The position numbers and the translations under genes were made by a program. A stretch of DNA of 64,000 bases from positions 11,015 through 75,014 of the forward strand of contig JAHEDK010000011.1 in NCBI GenBank assembly GCA_024641245.1, in the 5' to 3' direction. Of the stretch, positions 1 to 9,777 are shown one piece after another. Source of the DNA: Actinomycetes bacterium. GTDB lineage: Bacteria > Actinomycetota > Acidimicrobiia > Spongiisociales > JAHEDJ01. How positions within the stretch are numbered: the first letter of the stretch is position 1; the number at the start of each line of letters is the position of its first letter. The notes under the pieces were generated by a model. The model was not told where the DNA came from and searched no databases. It worked only from the letters and a program-made list of their open reading frames with translations.

Positions 1-29
1 GCCGGCGGTCAACATTAAGGGTTTGGGTC

Positions 30-488
30 GTGCCATATTCTGACTCTCCGGTGCCGGTGCGGCCCGACCTCGTAGCCGCGTTGCGACAAGTGTGGGCGGG
101 TCTGGCGGCCCCGGGGACCTGGTGGTCGGGTGTCGAGCGGGTCGCAATCGCCGGCGCGGCCAGGGGTGAGACGACAGACGTCATTCCGGCTCACGCCGGC
201 GCGGCTGCCCGGACGGTGTATGCAGATATCACCGCCACCTCGCGGGAGTGGGTGGACGCCTTGATACAGGATGGTCTGGCCCTTCCGGCCTTCGTTGAGG
301 TCATCGGGATCGTCAGCCGCCTGGCGGCTGCCGACGAGTTCAGCAAAGCACTCGGGCGACCGGTTGAACCCCTTCCAGATCCGCTTCCCGGCGACCCGTC
401 GTTCGAGCCGGCTCCTCCGGCCAGACCCGGCCGGTCGTGGCTGCCGAGTTCGAGCGCATCATGCGCTGGTCGCCTTGTCCCGGCCTAG
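30..488 (+). CDS. hypothetical protein (GTG start; no recognisable family)
   Basis: 152-aa ORF, not antisense to a better gene; 4-bp convergent overlap with the 485..916 minus gene; no motif recognised. Confidence 0.4.
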   Translation: MPYSDSPVPVRPDLVAALRQVWAGLAAPGTWWSGVERVAIAGAARGETTDVIPAHAGAAARTVYADITATSREWVDALIQDGLALPAFVEVIGIVSRLAAADEFSKALGRPVEPLPDPLPGDPSFEPAPPARPGRSWLPSSSASCAGRLVPA

Positions 489-916
489 CTGCCGGGTCGC
501 CAGATATCGCGGATGAAGCCGGGGCCGAGTAATGATGCGTACGACACCGCAGTTTCGACGAACACCAAGTCGGGATTGTCCGGGGACCGGAAGAAAGGAA
601 TCGGGTCGTAACCCAGGACGCCGTCTTCCCACAGCCGGCGACGGGCCGCTTCCGAGTCGTGGAGTGTGGCAACCCCGCGGGCGAACAACTCACCAGGACC
701 AGAGCCTGGCGTAACCGGCCAGTGGAAGGTGATGTTCGGGTTGCCTCGCAGATTCCGAACTTTCCGGCTGGACGAGCGCGACCCGAACCAGATCGTTCCT
801 TCGGTGAATCCCGGCGAAACCGGCGCAACGTGCGGCCGACCGTCTGGCCCACTGGAGGCCACGTACGTGACCCAATCGATATCGCCAGCCGCCCGAACCA
901 ATTCATCCCACGTCAT
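485..916 (-). CDS. pyridoxamine 5'-phosphate oxidase family (PPOX-class, probable F420/FMN-binding) protein
   Basis: 143 aa; split-barrel PPOX-like sequence with segments ...APVSPGFTEGTIWFGSRSSSRKVRNLRGNPNI... and ...FVETAVSYAS... Confidence 0.7.
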   Translation of the reverse strand: MTWDELVRAAGDIDWVTYVASSGPDGRPHVAPVSPGFTEGTIWFGSRSSSRKVRNLRGNPNITFHWPVTPGSGPGELFARGVATLHDSEAARRRLWEDGVLGYDPIPFFRSPDNPDLVFVETAVSYASLLGPGFIRDIWRPGS

Positions 917-1021
917 CCGGGATGATTGTAGGGTCCGGCACGCTTCAGGGTTCTAGTGCAACTGCCGTCGCCAGATGCCTTTAGCCCACTGCCGGTCGCC
1001 ATCCTCCACCAGAATGGACTC

Positions 1022-2545
1022 ATGGCACTCCTGCTCAGCGACATCGTCGAGGTCTCGTCTCGGATCGCAGGCACTCGCAAGCGAACGGAGAAAATAGCTG
1101 CGCTCGTCGACCTGTTCGCCGGAGCCGAGGAGGCGGACGTGCCGATCATGGTCGCGATGCTCTCCGGTGCGGTAAGGCAGGGGAAGATCGGGATCGGCTA
1201 CCGCGCAGTTTCGAGCATCGGCGCCGAACCGGCCGCGACACCAGCCGTCACGATCGTTGAGGTCGACGAAGTCTTCGCCGTGCTCGCAGACGCGCGCGGT
1301 GCAGGTTCGCAGGCGGACCGGCAAAACCTCCTGACGGATCTCTTCGGGCGCTGCACGGCTCCGGAACAAGGTTTCCTCAAACGTCTGCTCGTCGGAGGAA
1401 TCCGCCAGGGAGCGCTCGAGGGGGTCATGACCGATGCGGTGGCGGCGGCCGCGGGTGTTCCGGCCGCCACCGTCCGCAGAGCGCTGATGATGTTGCCCGA
1501 CCTGGGCCGGGTAGCTGCGGTTGCGTTGGCCGGGGGAGCCGGGAGCCTGGCAGGAATCGGGCTGAAGGTGCTGCGCCCGATCCAGCCCATGCTGGCCAAG
1601 ACCGCAGCCTCGGCGACTGCGGCGGTCGAAGCGGAGGGGCTCTCGTCGGTCGAGTGGAAACTCGACGGAGTTCGCATCCAGGTGCACCGGGCGGGGTCCG
1701 TTGTGCGGATCTACACGCGCAATCTCAACGACGTGACCGAGCGATTGGCCGACGTGGCGGAGGTGGTGCTCGGGTTCGGTTCCGAACAAGTCGTACTCGA
1801 CGGAGAGGTCATGTCCCTTACCGCAGATAACGAACCACGTGCGTTCGTCGAAACGATGAGTCGGTTTGGAACCGAGCATCGCGATGACGAGGACGCTCCG
1901 GTCGTACCCTTTTTCTTCGACGTGCTGCATGAGGGAGGGCGTGATCTCATCGACCTGCCCCTCTCGGCGCGACTGGGAGTCCTTGATGTGGTGGTCCCGG
2001 CGGAGTACCGGGTCACTCGCGTTATCACCGACCAACCGGATCAGGCAGAACGCACGCTGATGGAAGCCCGAGGCGAGGGACACGAGGGGATCATGGTCAA
2101 ACGCCTCGACTCGTCTTATGAGGCGGGGAGGCGCGGCGCCACCTGGCTCAAGGTCAAACCTGTGCACACCCTCGATCTCGTCGTCTTGGCCGTTGAGTGG
2201 GGGAGTGGGCGGCGACAGGGATGGCTGTCGAATATCCACCTCGGTGCACGCGACGCAGCAACAGGCGAGTTCGTCATGCTCGGCAAGACATTCAAGGGGA
2301 TGACCGACGAGATGCTCGAGTGGCAGACGGAGCGGTTTCTCGGGTTGGAGACCCACCGGGAGGGCCAGGTCGTGTATGTGCACCCCGAGCAGGTCGTGGA
2401 GGTTGCGTTCGACGGGATCCAGGCCAGCTCCCGCTACTCAGGCGGTATGGCATTGCGCTTCGCGCGAGTCAAGAGTTATCGCCCCGACAAGCCTGCCCGG
2501 GACGCCGACACCCTCGACGCGGTCCGGGCGATTTTCGAGGAGTAG
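1022..2545 (+). CDS. ATP-dependent DNA ligase
   Basis: Adenylation motif I EWKLDGVR (KxDG), OB-fold C-terminus; start moved to internal ATG (MALLLSDIVEV...), typical ligase N-terminus. Confidence 0.85.
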   Translation: MALLLSDIVEVSSRIAGTRKRTEKIAALVDLFAGAEEADVPIMVAMLSGAVRQGKIGIGYRAVSSIGAEPAATPAVTIVEVDEVFAVLADARGAGSQADRQNLLTDLFGRCTAPEQGFLKRLLVGGIRQGALEGVMTDAVAAAAGVPAATVRRALMMLPDLGRVAAVALAGGAGSLAGIGLKVLRPIQPMLAKTAASATAAVEAEGLSSVEWKLDGVRIQVHRAGSVVRIYTRNLNDVTERLADVAEVVLGFGSEQVVLDGEVMSLTADNEPRAFVETMSRFGTEHRDDEDAPVVPFFFDVLHEGGRDLIDLPLSARLGVLDVVVPAEYRVTRVITDQPDQAERTLMEARGEGHEGIMVKRLDSSYEAGRRGATWLKVKPVHTLDLVVLAVEWGSGRRQGWLSNIHLGARDAATGEFVMLGKTFKGMTDEMLEWQTERFLGLETHREGQVVYVHPEQVVEVAFDGIQASSRYSGGMALRFARVKSYRPDKPARDADTLDAVRAIFEE

Positions 2546-2607
2546 GAGCGCACCTTCCGGATGGCCCTGAGGTCTGCCAGGCTGGGCAGGACGCCGATCG
2601 GAGCGAT

Positions 2608-3306
2608 ATGAGTGAGTCCGAATACCCGTACACGAGCGAAGGCGACTTCGTCTCCTACGACGCAGGCCGATCCTCAGAGGAGGCCATGCGGGTGACCGCT
2701 CGTTCGTTCTACGAACTGATGAACCGGCGCAGGTCGATCCGAACGTTCAGTTCAGATCCCGTTCCTCGCGACCTCATCGAACTCGCCGTTCTGGCGGCAG
2801 GTACCGCCCCATCGGGAGCACACCGGCAACCATGGACCTTCGTTGCCGTGGGTGATCAGAACCTCAAGCGACGGATTCGCCTGGCTGCAGAGGATGAGGA
2901 GCGGACGAACTACCTCGAAGGACGGATGCCGGAAGACTGGAAACGTGAGATCGCCCGACTCGGCACGTCGTGGCAGAAGCCCTATCTCGAGGACGCCCCC
3001 TGGTTGGTGGTGTTGTTCGAACAACGCTACGGGTTCGCCGATGATGGATCCCGTACAAAGCACTACTACGTGAAGGAGTCCGTTGGCATTGCGGCCGGAC
3101 TGTTCATCGCCGCGCTTCACACGATGGGCCTCGCAACGCTCACGCACACGCCGAGTCCGATGGCCTTCCTATCCAGACTTCTGGATCGCCCGGTCAACGA
3201 GCGACCGTTCGTGTTGTTCCCGATCGGGTATCCGGCGGAAGGGTCGGTGGTGCCCAGGCTCGATCGGAAGGCTCTGGTCGAGATCATGGTCGAGTGTGAG
3301 GCTTGA
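2608..3306 (+). CDS. nitroreductase family protein
   Basis: 232 aa; nitroreductase fold signature ...RRSIRTFSSDPVPRDLIELAVLAAGTAPSGAHRQPWTFV...; ATG at 2608 follows the ligase stop. Confidence 0.8.
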   Translation: MSESEYPYTSEGDFVSYDAGRSSEEAMRVTARSFYELMNRRRSIRTFSSDPVPRDLIELAVLAAGTAPSGAHRQPWTFVAVGDQNLKRRIRLAAEDEERTNYLEGRMPEDWKREIARLGTSWQKPYLEDAPWLVVLFEQRYGFADDGSRTKHYYVKESVGIAAGLFIAALHTMGLATLTHTPSPMAFLSRLLDRPVNERPFVLFPIGYPAEGSVVPRLDRKALVEIMVECEA

Positions 3307-3308
3307 GA

Positions 3309-4109
3309 ATGGCCGGCTTCATCGAGATCAAGGATCCGACAGATGAACGATTGGACGATTACCGGGCGCTACGAACGTCCGGCCGGCCCACCGAATCCGA
3401 TTCCGGGGCCTTCCTGTGCGAGGGGATGCTCGGAGTCGAGCGGTTGCTCGACTCCGACATGATGGTTCGCTCGGTGCTCGTTTCGAGTACCAAGCTCGAC
3501 CGACTGCGGGCGCGTCTCGTCGACCGCGATGTGAAGGTGCTGGTTGCCTCGCAGGACGTGCTCAACGCCACGGTTGGATTCAACATCCACCGTGGGGTAA
3601 TCGCCTCGGCCTGGCGGCGCCCGCCGGTGGCGGTGCACGATCTGCTCGCCGGTTCCGAAACCGTGGCAGCCCTCGAAGGCATTAGCGACCACGAGAATCT
3701 GGGCGCCATCTTCCGCAGTGCGCTGGCTCTCGGTATCGACGGCGTCGTCCTCGACGCAGCGTGCGGCGACCCGTATTACCGGCGAGTCGTGCGGGTCTCC
3801 ATGGGGGCCGCCTTCGCTTTGCCGTTTGCCAGGATTGCGGCACCGGCAAACATCATCGATGTGCTCGACGGATCCGGGTATTCCTCGATTGCACTCACTC
3901 CGGACCCTGCCGCGCTACCGATCGATCGGCTGGCACTGGCGGAAGGGGAGCGTCCCGCCCTGCTGTTGGGGGCGGAGGGAGCTGGGCTCCGATCGGAAAC
4001 GCTGCTGCGGGCGACCTACCGGGTGCGGATCCCGATTCGCGACGCGGTCGATTCGCTCAACGTAGGGCACGCGGCCGCGGTGGCGTTCCACCGCTTCGGA
4101 TCGGTCTAG
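3309..4109 (+). CDS. TrmH/SpoU-family RNA 2'-O-methyltransferase
   Basis: C-terminal SPOUT knot motifs (...GISDHENLGAIFRSALALGIDGVVL..., ...LLLGAEGAGL..., ...VDSLNVGHAAAVAF...). Confidence 0.8.
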   Translation: MAGFIEIKDPTDERLDDYRALRTSGRPTESDSGAFLCEGMLGVERLLDSDMMVRSVLVSSTKLDRLRARLVDRDVKVLVASQDVLNATVGFNIHRGVIASAWRRPPVAVHDLLAGSETVAALEGISDHENLGAIFRSALALGIDGVVLDAACGDPYYRRVVRVSMGAAFALPFARIAAPANIIDVLDGSGYSSIALTPDPAALPIDRLALAEGERPALLLGAEGAGLRSETLLRATYRVRIPIRDAVDSLNVGHAAAVAFHRFGSV

Positions 4110-4113
4110 CCGG

Positions 4114-5175
4114 CTAGTTCGTGGAAGGTGGCCAGACCGGGTTCGAACAGTCCTCAAACGAGTCGGCCATATCATTTGAACTTCCGCCGCCAAAGGTGAT
4201 GATCGGAGTTGACGTGGACCGATCCTCAGCCACACAGAACCAGTTCCCGGTTTCGCTGAGCGTCACCAACAGCACCCGATCCGGCTCTGCAATGAATCCG
4301 ACGACATCTGGTGTTGTGACCAGCGGCCCGTCCACGTACGAGACACTGGGTTCACGCAGGTCGAGTGCTTCGGTCGTCAAACCTGAGAAGGTCTCTTCGC
4401 CCGTGTGGAACAACTGGGCGGCAATCAGAACGTCGTTGAGGTGGTTCTTGGCCCGGTCGTCTGCCAGCACGTCGCCGGGGATGATCAGACCTTCTGCCGG
4501 GGGAACGATGGCAACTGCGGCCCCGAGTTCGTTGATTCGGACTGAGACTGTGACGGTCACGAAGCCGATGCCGTCATCTGCCGTTGCGGCCATCTCAAAG
4601 GCGAGCACGAGTCCGTCTGCATCAACCCACACATCCGTGTTTCCTTCGAAGTCGACGGTGATCCCCAGCCCTTCTGCCAGTTGGCCGGCTACGACCGGTC
4701 CTGGGAAAATGGGGGGTCCTTCGAAGTGCAAGGCGACGCGTCCGGCGACCGTTTCCTCTGCGACATACTCGAATTCGCCGGCCGAATCGGCGACCTCTGC
4801 ATGAATCGCACTCAGCCAGGTCACGTCATCGACCGTCTCGTCTATCGGCACAAACGGGCCCATGCCGGTGCGAGACAAAACCGAGCCATCTTCGAGGAAG
4901 TAGATCTCGCCCTGTGTGGTGACTCCTGCGGTGGTGATCTCGCCGTTGACCCGCGTGCGGCGGGGATCGGCGGTATGCACTGCATTGGCGATGGATCCGA
5001 CATCGCCGAAGGTCTCACCTGCTTGGAACGAGTAGGTGTACGCCGTGGTGCTCGAGTACGAGTCGACGGCAGCCAGCGTGAAGACGTCGGGATCGGCTGC
5101 GACGGTCAGCTGATTGGATTCGCCGCAGGCGGCGAGCACCATCGTGATGGCAAGGGCGGACAGGAGGTAACGCAT
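4114..5175 (-). CDS. secreted lipoprotein, function unknown
   Basis: Start moved to ATG giving MRYLLSALAITMVLAACG (signal peptide plus lipobox LAAC); the remainder is a beta-rich soluble domain. Confidence 0.6.
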   Translation of the reverse strand: MRYLLSALAITMVLAACGESNQLTVAADPDVFTLAAVDSYSSTTAYTYSFQAGETFGDVGSIANAVHTADPRRTRVNGEITTAGVTTQGEIYFLEDGSVLSRTGMGPFVPIDETVDDVTWLSAIHAEVADSAGEFEYVAEETVAGRVALHFEGPPIFPGPVVAGQLAEGLGITVDFEGNTDVWVDADGLVLAFEMAATADDGIGFVTVTVSVRINELGAAVAIVPPAEGLIIPGDVLADDRAKNHLNDVLIAAQLFHTGEETFSGLTTEALDLREPSVSYVDGPLVTTPDVVGFIAEPDRVLLVTLSETGNWFCVAEDRSTSTPIITFGGGSSNDMADSFEDCSNPVWPPSTN

Positions 5176-5224
5176 ATGACGCTCGGGGGTGAGGGGCAAT
5201 GGAGTGTAGGCACCTTCCGGAGTC

Positions 5225-5629
5225 TTACGGAAGTTGGAGCAGTTGAACTGTGTTGCCGTCCGGATCGCTCAGCGTGGCGATCCATCCTCCCCACGGCTCG
5301 GGCTCCGGAGGTCGGGTGAACGGAACGCCGAGTTTCCGCAGCCTCATGAATGACTTGTCGATGTCCTCGACTGCCAGGTTGATCATTAGTCGGAGCGGAT
5401 CGATGGCCCGGCCCCGGACTTCATCGTGCACGCCGATGGTCAACCGGAACGCCCCGAATGCGAACGCAACATGATCGGGGCGCCTGGTGGCAGGTACGAG
5501 TCCGAGTGTGTGCTCGTAGAAGTTGGCCAGGGTGGCGAAGCGCGAGGATTCGGTCCAGATGATCACCCCGGCGGGAATCGGCGCCGGCTCACTCACTCGC
5601 CCGGCCCGGGCCGTCGGTGCTCGGGTCAT
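5225..5629 (-). CDS. VOC (glyoxalase/bleomycin-resistance/dioxygenase) family protein
   Basis: 134 aa, VOC-like fold sequence; the true start may be downstream of the first start, which overlaps the neighbouring gene. Confidence 0.6.
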   Translation of the reverse strand: MTRAPTARAGRVSEPAPIPAGVIIWTESSRFATLANFYEHTLGLVPATRRPDHVAFAFGAFRLTIGVHDEVRGRAIDPLRLMINLAVEDIDKSFMRLRKLGVPFTRPPEPEPWGGWIATLSDPDGNTVQLLQLP

Positions 5630-6239
5630 CGAGGTCGATGTCTAGGGATCCGGCCAGTACCCGTAGCTGCCGCTCGAGGAGTGTGACCCGATCGACGAGG
5701 GAGTTGTTCGGAGGCGGGGCGGCCGGTTGGGCCGGTTCCTCGAGCCCTTCCACCAGAAGGGTTCGATAGCGATTCTCCTTCTGACCGGGCGCCCGGGGCA
5801 GCCGGTGGACGAGGGGTATTGCTCTGGCCATCAGGTCGTCGAGGACGATCTCGATCGCCTCCGGGGTCTTGGCGACATCGAAATAGCGCTCGGTTCGTCC
5901 CCGCAGTTCACCGGGGGTCTGCGGTCCTCGCAGGAGGAGCACTGCCAGGATCGCCAGTTGCTCGTTGTCTATCTCATAGGTGTCTTCTGCCCTATGAAGG
6001 TACTTCGTGGTTCGCCCCCCGCTGGATCGGGCCAGGCCGATCAAACCCTTGGAGTCGAGGGAGCGCAGAGCCCTTTCGACGGTGAGATCGTCGTACTCGA
6101 CAACAGGGTGCCGATTCGTCTTCTGGTTGCACGCCGCCACCAGCGCGTTGACGGTCAGCGGGTAGTACTCGGGAGTCGTCCGTTCTTTCTCGACGAGACA
6201 ACCGAGGACCCGGGCTTCTTCGGGACTGAGTGATTCCAT
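5589..6239 (-). CDS. YceH/DUF480 (UPF0502) family protein
   Basis: N-terminus MESLSPEEARVLGCLVEKE...YYPLTVNALVAACNQKTNR is the canonical DUF480 signature; start moved to the internal ATG. Confidence 0.7.
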   Translation of the reverse strand: MESLSPEEARVLGCLVEKERTTPEYYPLTVNALVAACNQKTNRHPVVEYDDLTVERALRSLDSKGLIGLARSSGGRTTKYLHRAEDTYEIDNEQLAILAVLLLRGPQTPGELRGRTERYFDVAKTPEAIEIVLDDLMARAIPLVHRLPRAPGQKENRYRTLLVEGLEEPAQPAAPPPNNSLVDRVTLLERQLRVLAGSLDIDLDDPSTDGPGRASE

Positions 6240-6327
6240 GGATATCAAGCGTAGGCGTCGGTCGTGTCCCGACATAGTGGAGAGTTCGAGCTTAGGATCA
6301 CGGTCCGTTTGTTCAGGAGGTCCATCC

Positions 6328-7128
6328 GTGTCTCGCGTCCGCATCGCCGTCCAGATTCATCCGCAGCAGGGGTCGTACGGTGCCATCCATGATGCTTTGA
6401 AAGAAGCAGAGGAACTTGGTGTGGACATCGCCTACAACTGGGATCATTTCTATCCGCTGTACGGCGACCCCGACGGTCGACACTTCGAGGCATGGACGAT
6501 GTTGGGTGCATGGGCGGAGCAGACCGAGCGGATCGAGATAGGCCCGCTCGTGACCTGCAACTCTTATCGAAATCCCCAGTTGCTTGCAGATATGGCACGG
6601 ACGGTGGACCACATCTCGGACGGCCGGCTGATCTTCGGCATTGGATCCGGTTGGTTCGAGCGGGACTACAACGAGTACGGATACGAATTCGGGACCGCGG
6701 TATCTCGTCTTCGTGATCTCGGGTCGGCGCTTCCGCTGATCGAGCAACGGTGGGAGAAGCTCAACCCGGCCCCGACGCGGAAGATCCCGGTTTTGATCGG
6801 AGGCGGGGGAGAGAAGGTGACGTTGCGGCTCACCGCCCGCCACGCCGACGTGTGGCACTTCTTCCCGAAAGATCCGGAGGCGATGGCGCACAAGATGGCC
6901 ATTCTCGACGGGTGGTGTGAGAAGGAAGGTCGTTCTCCCGGGGCCATCGAGCGGAGCGCCGGTGTTCACCCTCACCTTCTCGACAAGGGCCTCGCCGAAG
7001 CCGATGAGTATGTCGATCTGGGTGTTCGGCAGTTCACCCTGGGTGTCGGCGGGCCGGAGTTCGACCTAGGGTCCGTCCCCCGGTGGCTCGAGTGGAGAGA
7101 CCGGACCAACGAGCGATTGGCCGGCTAG
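6328..7128 (+). CDS. LLM-class (luciferase-like monooxygenase) F420-dependent oxidoreductase
   Basis: TIM-barrel LLM sequence (...FGIGSGWFERDYNEYGYEF...); GTG start 8 nt after an AGGAGG. Confidence 0.75.
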   Translation: MSRVRIAVQIHPQQGSYGAIHDALKEAEELGVDIAYNWDHFYPLYGDPDGRHFEAWTMLGAWAEQTERIEIGPLVTCNSYRNPQLLADMARTVDHISDGRLIFGIGSGWFERDYNEYGYEFGTAVSRLRDLGSALPLIEQRWEKLNPAPTRKIPVLIGGGGEKVTLRLTARHADVWHFFPKDPEAMAHKMAILDGWCEKEGRSPGAIERSAGVHPHLLDKGLAEADEYVDLGVRQFTLGVGGPEFDLGSVPRWLEWRDRTNERLAG

Positions 7129-7142
7129 GCCTTCTACGCGTT

Positions 7143-7190
7143 TTCTCCGCAATGCAATGGCGCGTGGTGATGCACTGTATTGCTGAGAAA
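7143..7190. repeat. REP-like palindromic element, copy A (TTCTCCGCAATGCAATGG...CATTGCTGAGAA)
   Basis: Inverted-repeat arms TTCTsCGCAATGC / GCATTGCyGAGAA shared with the two copies at 41921..42033; intergenic between the LLM gene and deoD. Confidence 0.45.
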
Positions 7191-7246
7191 CCTGAGGGGG
7201 CGACGCGATCGGGTAAGTTATCGCTCTACACATTCCAGGAGGATGG

Positions 7247-7972
7247 GTGCCGACCCCACACATAGCCGCACAACCGGGCGATATTGCTGAAGCGATTCTG
7301 CTGCCGGGCGATCCATTGCGGGCCGAGTACATCGCAGAAACGTTTCTGTCGGACGCCAAGCGGGTCACGGCCATCCGAAACATGCTCGGATTCACGGGCG
7401 TGTACGAAGGTATGCCTGTCTCGGTCATGGGTACCGGCATGGGCATTCCCTCAGCCTCGATCTACGTATCAGAGCTGATCAAAGAGTACCGCGTTCGGCG
7501 TCTCGTCCGAGTTGGCTCCTGCGGAGGTATCGGAGCCGACGTGGCAGTCCGCGATGTCATCATCGCCATGGGCGCGTCGACCGACTCGGGTGTGAACCGG
7601 GCCAGATACGCCGGGTGGGACTACTCGGCAGTTGCGGACTTCGAGCTCGCTCGAACCGCGGTTTCGGCTGCCGGGCAAGCGGGGGTGCCGGTCCGGGTTG
7701 GGAACGTGCACTCGGCCGACCTGTTTTACAACCCCAATGCGCAGGCCTTTGACGTTATGGAGAAGATGGGCGTGTTGGCCGTCGAGATGGAAGCTGCCGG
7801 AATCTATGGAGCAGCCTCAGAAGCAGGGGCAAGGGCGCTCACGATCCTCACGGTTTCCGACCACGTCCGCACGGGAGTTTCGACCAGTCCGGAAGAACGC
7901 GAACGCAGTTTCGATGACATGGTTCGCATTGCACTGGCCGGCCTCCTGCTCGATGCCCAATCGGCACTCTGA
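7247..7972 (+). CDS. deoD: purine nucleoside phosphorylase, DeoD-type
   Basis: Near-colinear with E. coli DeoD ([32 protein letters not shown] motifs). Confidence 0.9.
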   Translation: MPTPHIAAQPGDIAEAILLPGDPLRAEYIAETFLSDAKRVTAIRNMLGFTGVYEGMPVSVMGTGMGIPSASIYVSELIKEYRVRRLVRVGSCGGIGADVAVRDVIIAMGASTDSGVNRARYAGWDYSAVADFELARTAVSAAGQAGVPVRVGNVHSADLFYNPNAQAFDVMEKMGVLAVEMEAAGIYGAASEAGARALTILTVSDHVRTGVSTSPEERERSFDDMVRIALAGLLLDAQSAL

Positions 7973-8184
7973 CCCTGATCCGAGAGGCCGTTTGCGGCCG
8001 GCGGTTGAACGGTGAGGAACCCGTTGCGGATCGCGAAAGTGACCCCTCGACAGGACCCCCAACTCGTCGTACGATGAGAGCCTGATCGGGATACGTAGGC
8101 GGCTGACGAGCTGATACAGAAAGGCTCTCACTGCCGGACCACGGCGATTGGTGAGTGGGCACCAGGCGGTGTTCACGAAAGGGA

Positions 8185-8216
8185 GGTCCCGGGATGCTGC
8201 GCAGCATTGCGGGACC
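8185..8216. repeat. 32-bp near-perfect palindrome (bidirectional terminator-like hairpin) between convergent deoD and the mpaB-like gene
   Basis: GGTCCCGGGATGCTGCGCAGCATTGCGGGACC; only 2 mismatches in 32 nt; shares a GCAATGC core with the REP-like family. Confidence 0.4.
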
Positions 8217-8273
8217 TCTCCGCGTCGGGCCCTCGTCCGAGTGACGTTTCAGTCGCCCATTGTGTTTCAGCGG

Positions 8274-9203
8274 TTAGTGAGCGGTCGGATCGTCCACGGG
8301 CAGCGGTTGAAGGAAGAGTCCTTCCGGAATTGGCGCTCCGACTCGGACGAGGGCCAGGTTCCACGAGGGCGAAGACCCAAGCGCCCATCGCAGCGCCGCA
8401 ACCGTACAACGCCCGGCCAACATCGACCCCGGGAGTCTATGGACTCCGAGCATCCGGCGCAGCCGTGGCGGGATCGTGGCGACGGCTGCATTGAAGAGGA
8501 GTCGATACCCGGCCCTTTGCATCCGGGATAGCGGGGGGTGAACCAGGAAGGCGACCGTCTCTCGCATGCCCGGTGAGGGGGCGGCTTCCGGGTGGTTCGT
8601 GAGCCAGGACGACAACGAGGCGGCCGTGTCGGGGAGCGGGTCGGCACGGAGCATTGATCCGACGGCCGTTTGCTCCGCTACGAAGGCATCGGCCTCGGCC
8701 GGAGAGAGGCGATTCCGTCCGAAGGCCTGGTAGGCCGTCAGGAAGGAATCGGTGAGGGCATTGTGGACCCACGCCGCGTACTCCGGGGTCGCCGCTGAAT
8801 AGGGCCGACCTCTGGCGGAGGCGCCACGCACCGGCCGGTGAGCAGTGCGGACGATGTCGATCGCCAGTTCGACCTCCGGGATTGCGCCGTAGGAGGTCGC
8901 CGTGACATAGGCGGAGGTGCGAGAGAGCCTTCCGAGAGGATCGGAACGGTAAGAGGAGTGATCGGTCACTCCGGCGACGACCTCGGGGTGGGCCGCCTGG
9001 ATGAGCAACGCTCGAATACCGCCAATGAACGCAGCAACGTCTCCGACGACCCGCCACGTCACCGAGTCTGCCCCGAATAACCCGGGATCACCCCGATGCT
9101 CGAGGGTCGACGCCAGCGGATACCCGGCGTGACTGAACGGTCCGGTAACACCGGCGGTCAGCCGGGTCCGGATGGACTCGAGTAGGTGCGATACGGGTGA
9201 CAT
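8274..9203 (-). CDS. MpaB/DUF2236-family (ER-bound-oxygenase-like) protein
   Basis: 309 aa; DUF2236 signature region ...GIRALLIQAAHPEVVAGVTDHSSYRSDPLGRLSRTSAYV... Confidence 0.75.
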   Translation of the reverse strand: MSPVSHLLESIRTRLTAGVTGPFSHAGYPLASTLEHRGDPGLFGADSVTWRVVGDVAAFIGGIRALLIQAAHPEVVAGVTDHSSYRSDPLGRLSRTSAYVTATSYGAIPEVELAIDIVRTAHRPVRGASARGRPYSAATPEYAAWVHNALTDSFLTAYQAFGRNRLSPAEADAFVAEQTAVGSMLRADPLPDTAASLSSWLTNHPEAAPSPGMRETVAFLVHPPLSRMQRAGYRLLFNAAVATIPPRLRRMLGVHRLPGSMLAGRCTVAALRWALGSSPSWNLALVRVGAPIPEGLFLQPLPVDDPTAH

Positions 9204-9254
9204 GGTCCTGGCAGAAGTGTTCCACGGCTGCTGCGCAACCGGGAATCCCGGCCC

Positions 9255-9638
9255 TTAGTCGGTTATATGAGAGCGCGCCCACTCCATGGCATCGATCTCA
9301 GAAGTGAAGATCGCGATCGGCCGTTTGGGTTGCATTGCCAGGAACGCCTTCGCCATGGTCTGGCTGGTGCTCGAGCCAACTATGAGGGCGGTCGCCGCCT
9401 CGGATGTCTCCTGCGTCGATGCGCCGAACATCTCACGGGCGGCCCGCTCGGCATATCCGACGGCTCGCATATCTACCACGGCGGGTACGGGACGGCCATC
9501 CGTGAGCTCGAGGACGGCCGCCTGGACCGCGGCGGCGTCCTCCATCGTGATACTGAGGCCCTGCTCGATGCGATGAACTAGCACGCCGTCATGCGTCATC
9601 CACATCTCGCCCAGCGGCGTTTGCACCCTATCCGGCAT
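9255..9638 (-). CDS. STAS-like (DUF7793/SpoIIAA-like) hypothetical protein
   Basis: Start moved to the internal ATG (MPDRVQTPLGEMWMTHDGVLVHRIEQG...), giving ~127 aa typical of this family; the upstream part of the track ORF is Pro/Ser-rich low complexity. Confidence 0.5.
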   Translation of the reverse strand: MPDRVQTPLGEMWMTHDGVLVHRIEQGLSITMEDAAAVQAAVLELTDGRPVPAVVDMRAVGYAERAAREMFGASTQETSEAATALIVGSSTSQTMAKAFLAMQPKRPIAIFTSEIDAMEWARSHITD

Positions 9639-9777
9639 GGCTTGTCCCTGTTGGCGAAGAGCAAACTGTAGCGTTTGTGCGACGGATTCTGGAAGATCTT
9701 CTAGAAAACCGGCCTCTGTCGATCCGGCGAAGGAGGTGCCGGGTAGTCTCGCGATCGTTCGTTTCGCAGGAGGGTTT

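Noticed and set aside
953-2383. 476-aa minus-strand ORF antisense to the DNA ligase gene (and many similar long antisense ORFs, e.g. 340..906, 10480..11487, 20842..22371, 22651..23490, 23351..24298, 25407..26078, 27371..28174, 29265..30803, 42901..43671, 51281..52381, 53009..53737, 57083..58000)
   Set aside because: High GC suppresses stop codons on the antisense strand. The translations are Arg/Pro/Gly-rich low complexity, whereas the sense partners have clear family signatures.
2197-2607. N-terminal extension of the nitroreductase ORF (369 aa in the track)
   Set aside because: The extension overlaps the 3' end of the ligase gene in another frame and is Arg/Gly-rich. The internal ATG at 2608 gives a normal-length nitroreductase.
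7083-7265. Small ORFs overlapping the REP-like repeats (7083..7265; 41933..42202; 41943..42590)
   Set aside because: They are created by the repeat sequence itself (MQWRVVMHC / MQWCENRTQHC) and run antisense into neighbouring genes.
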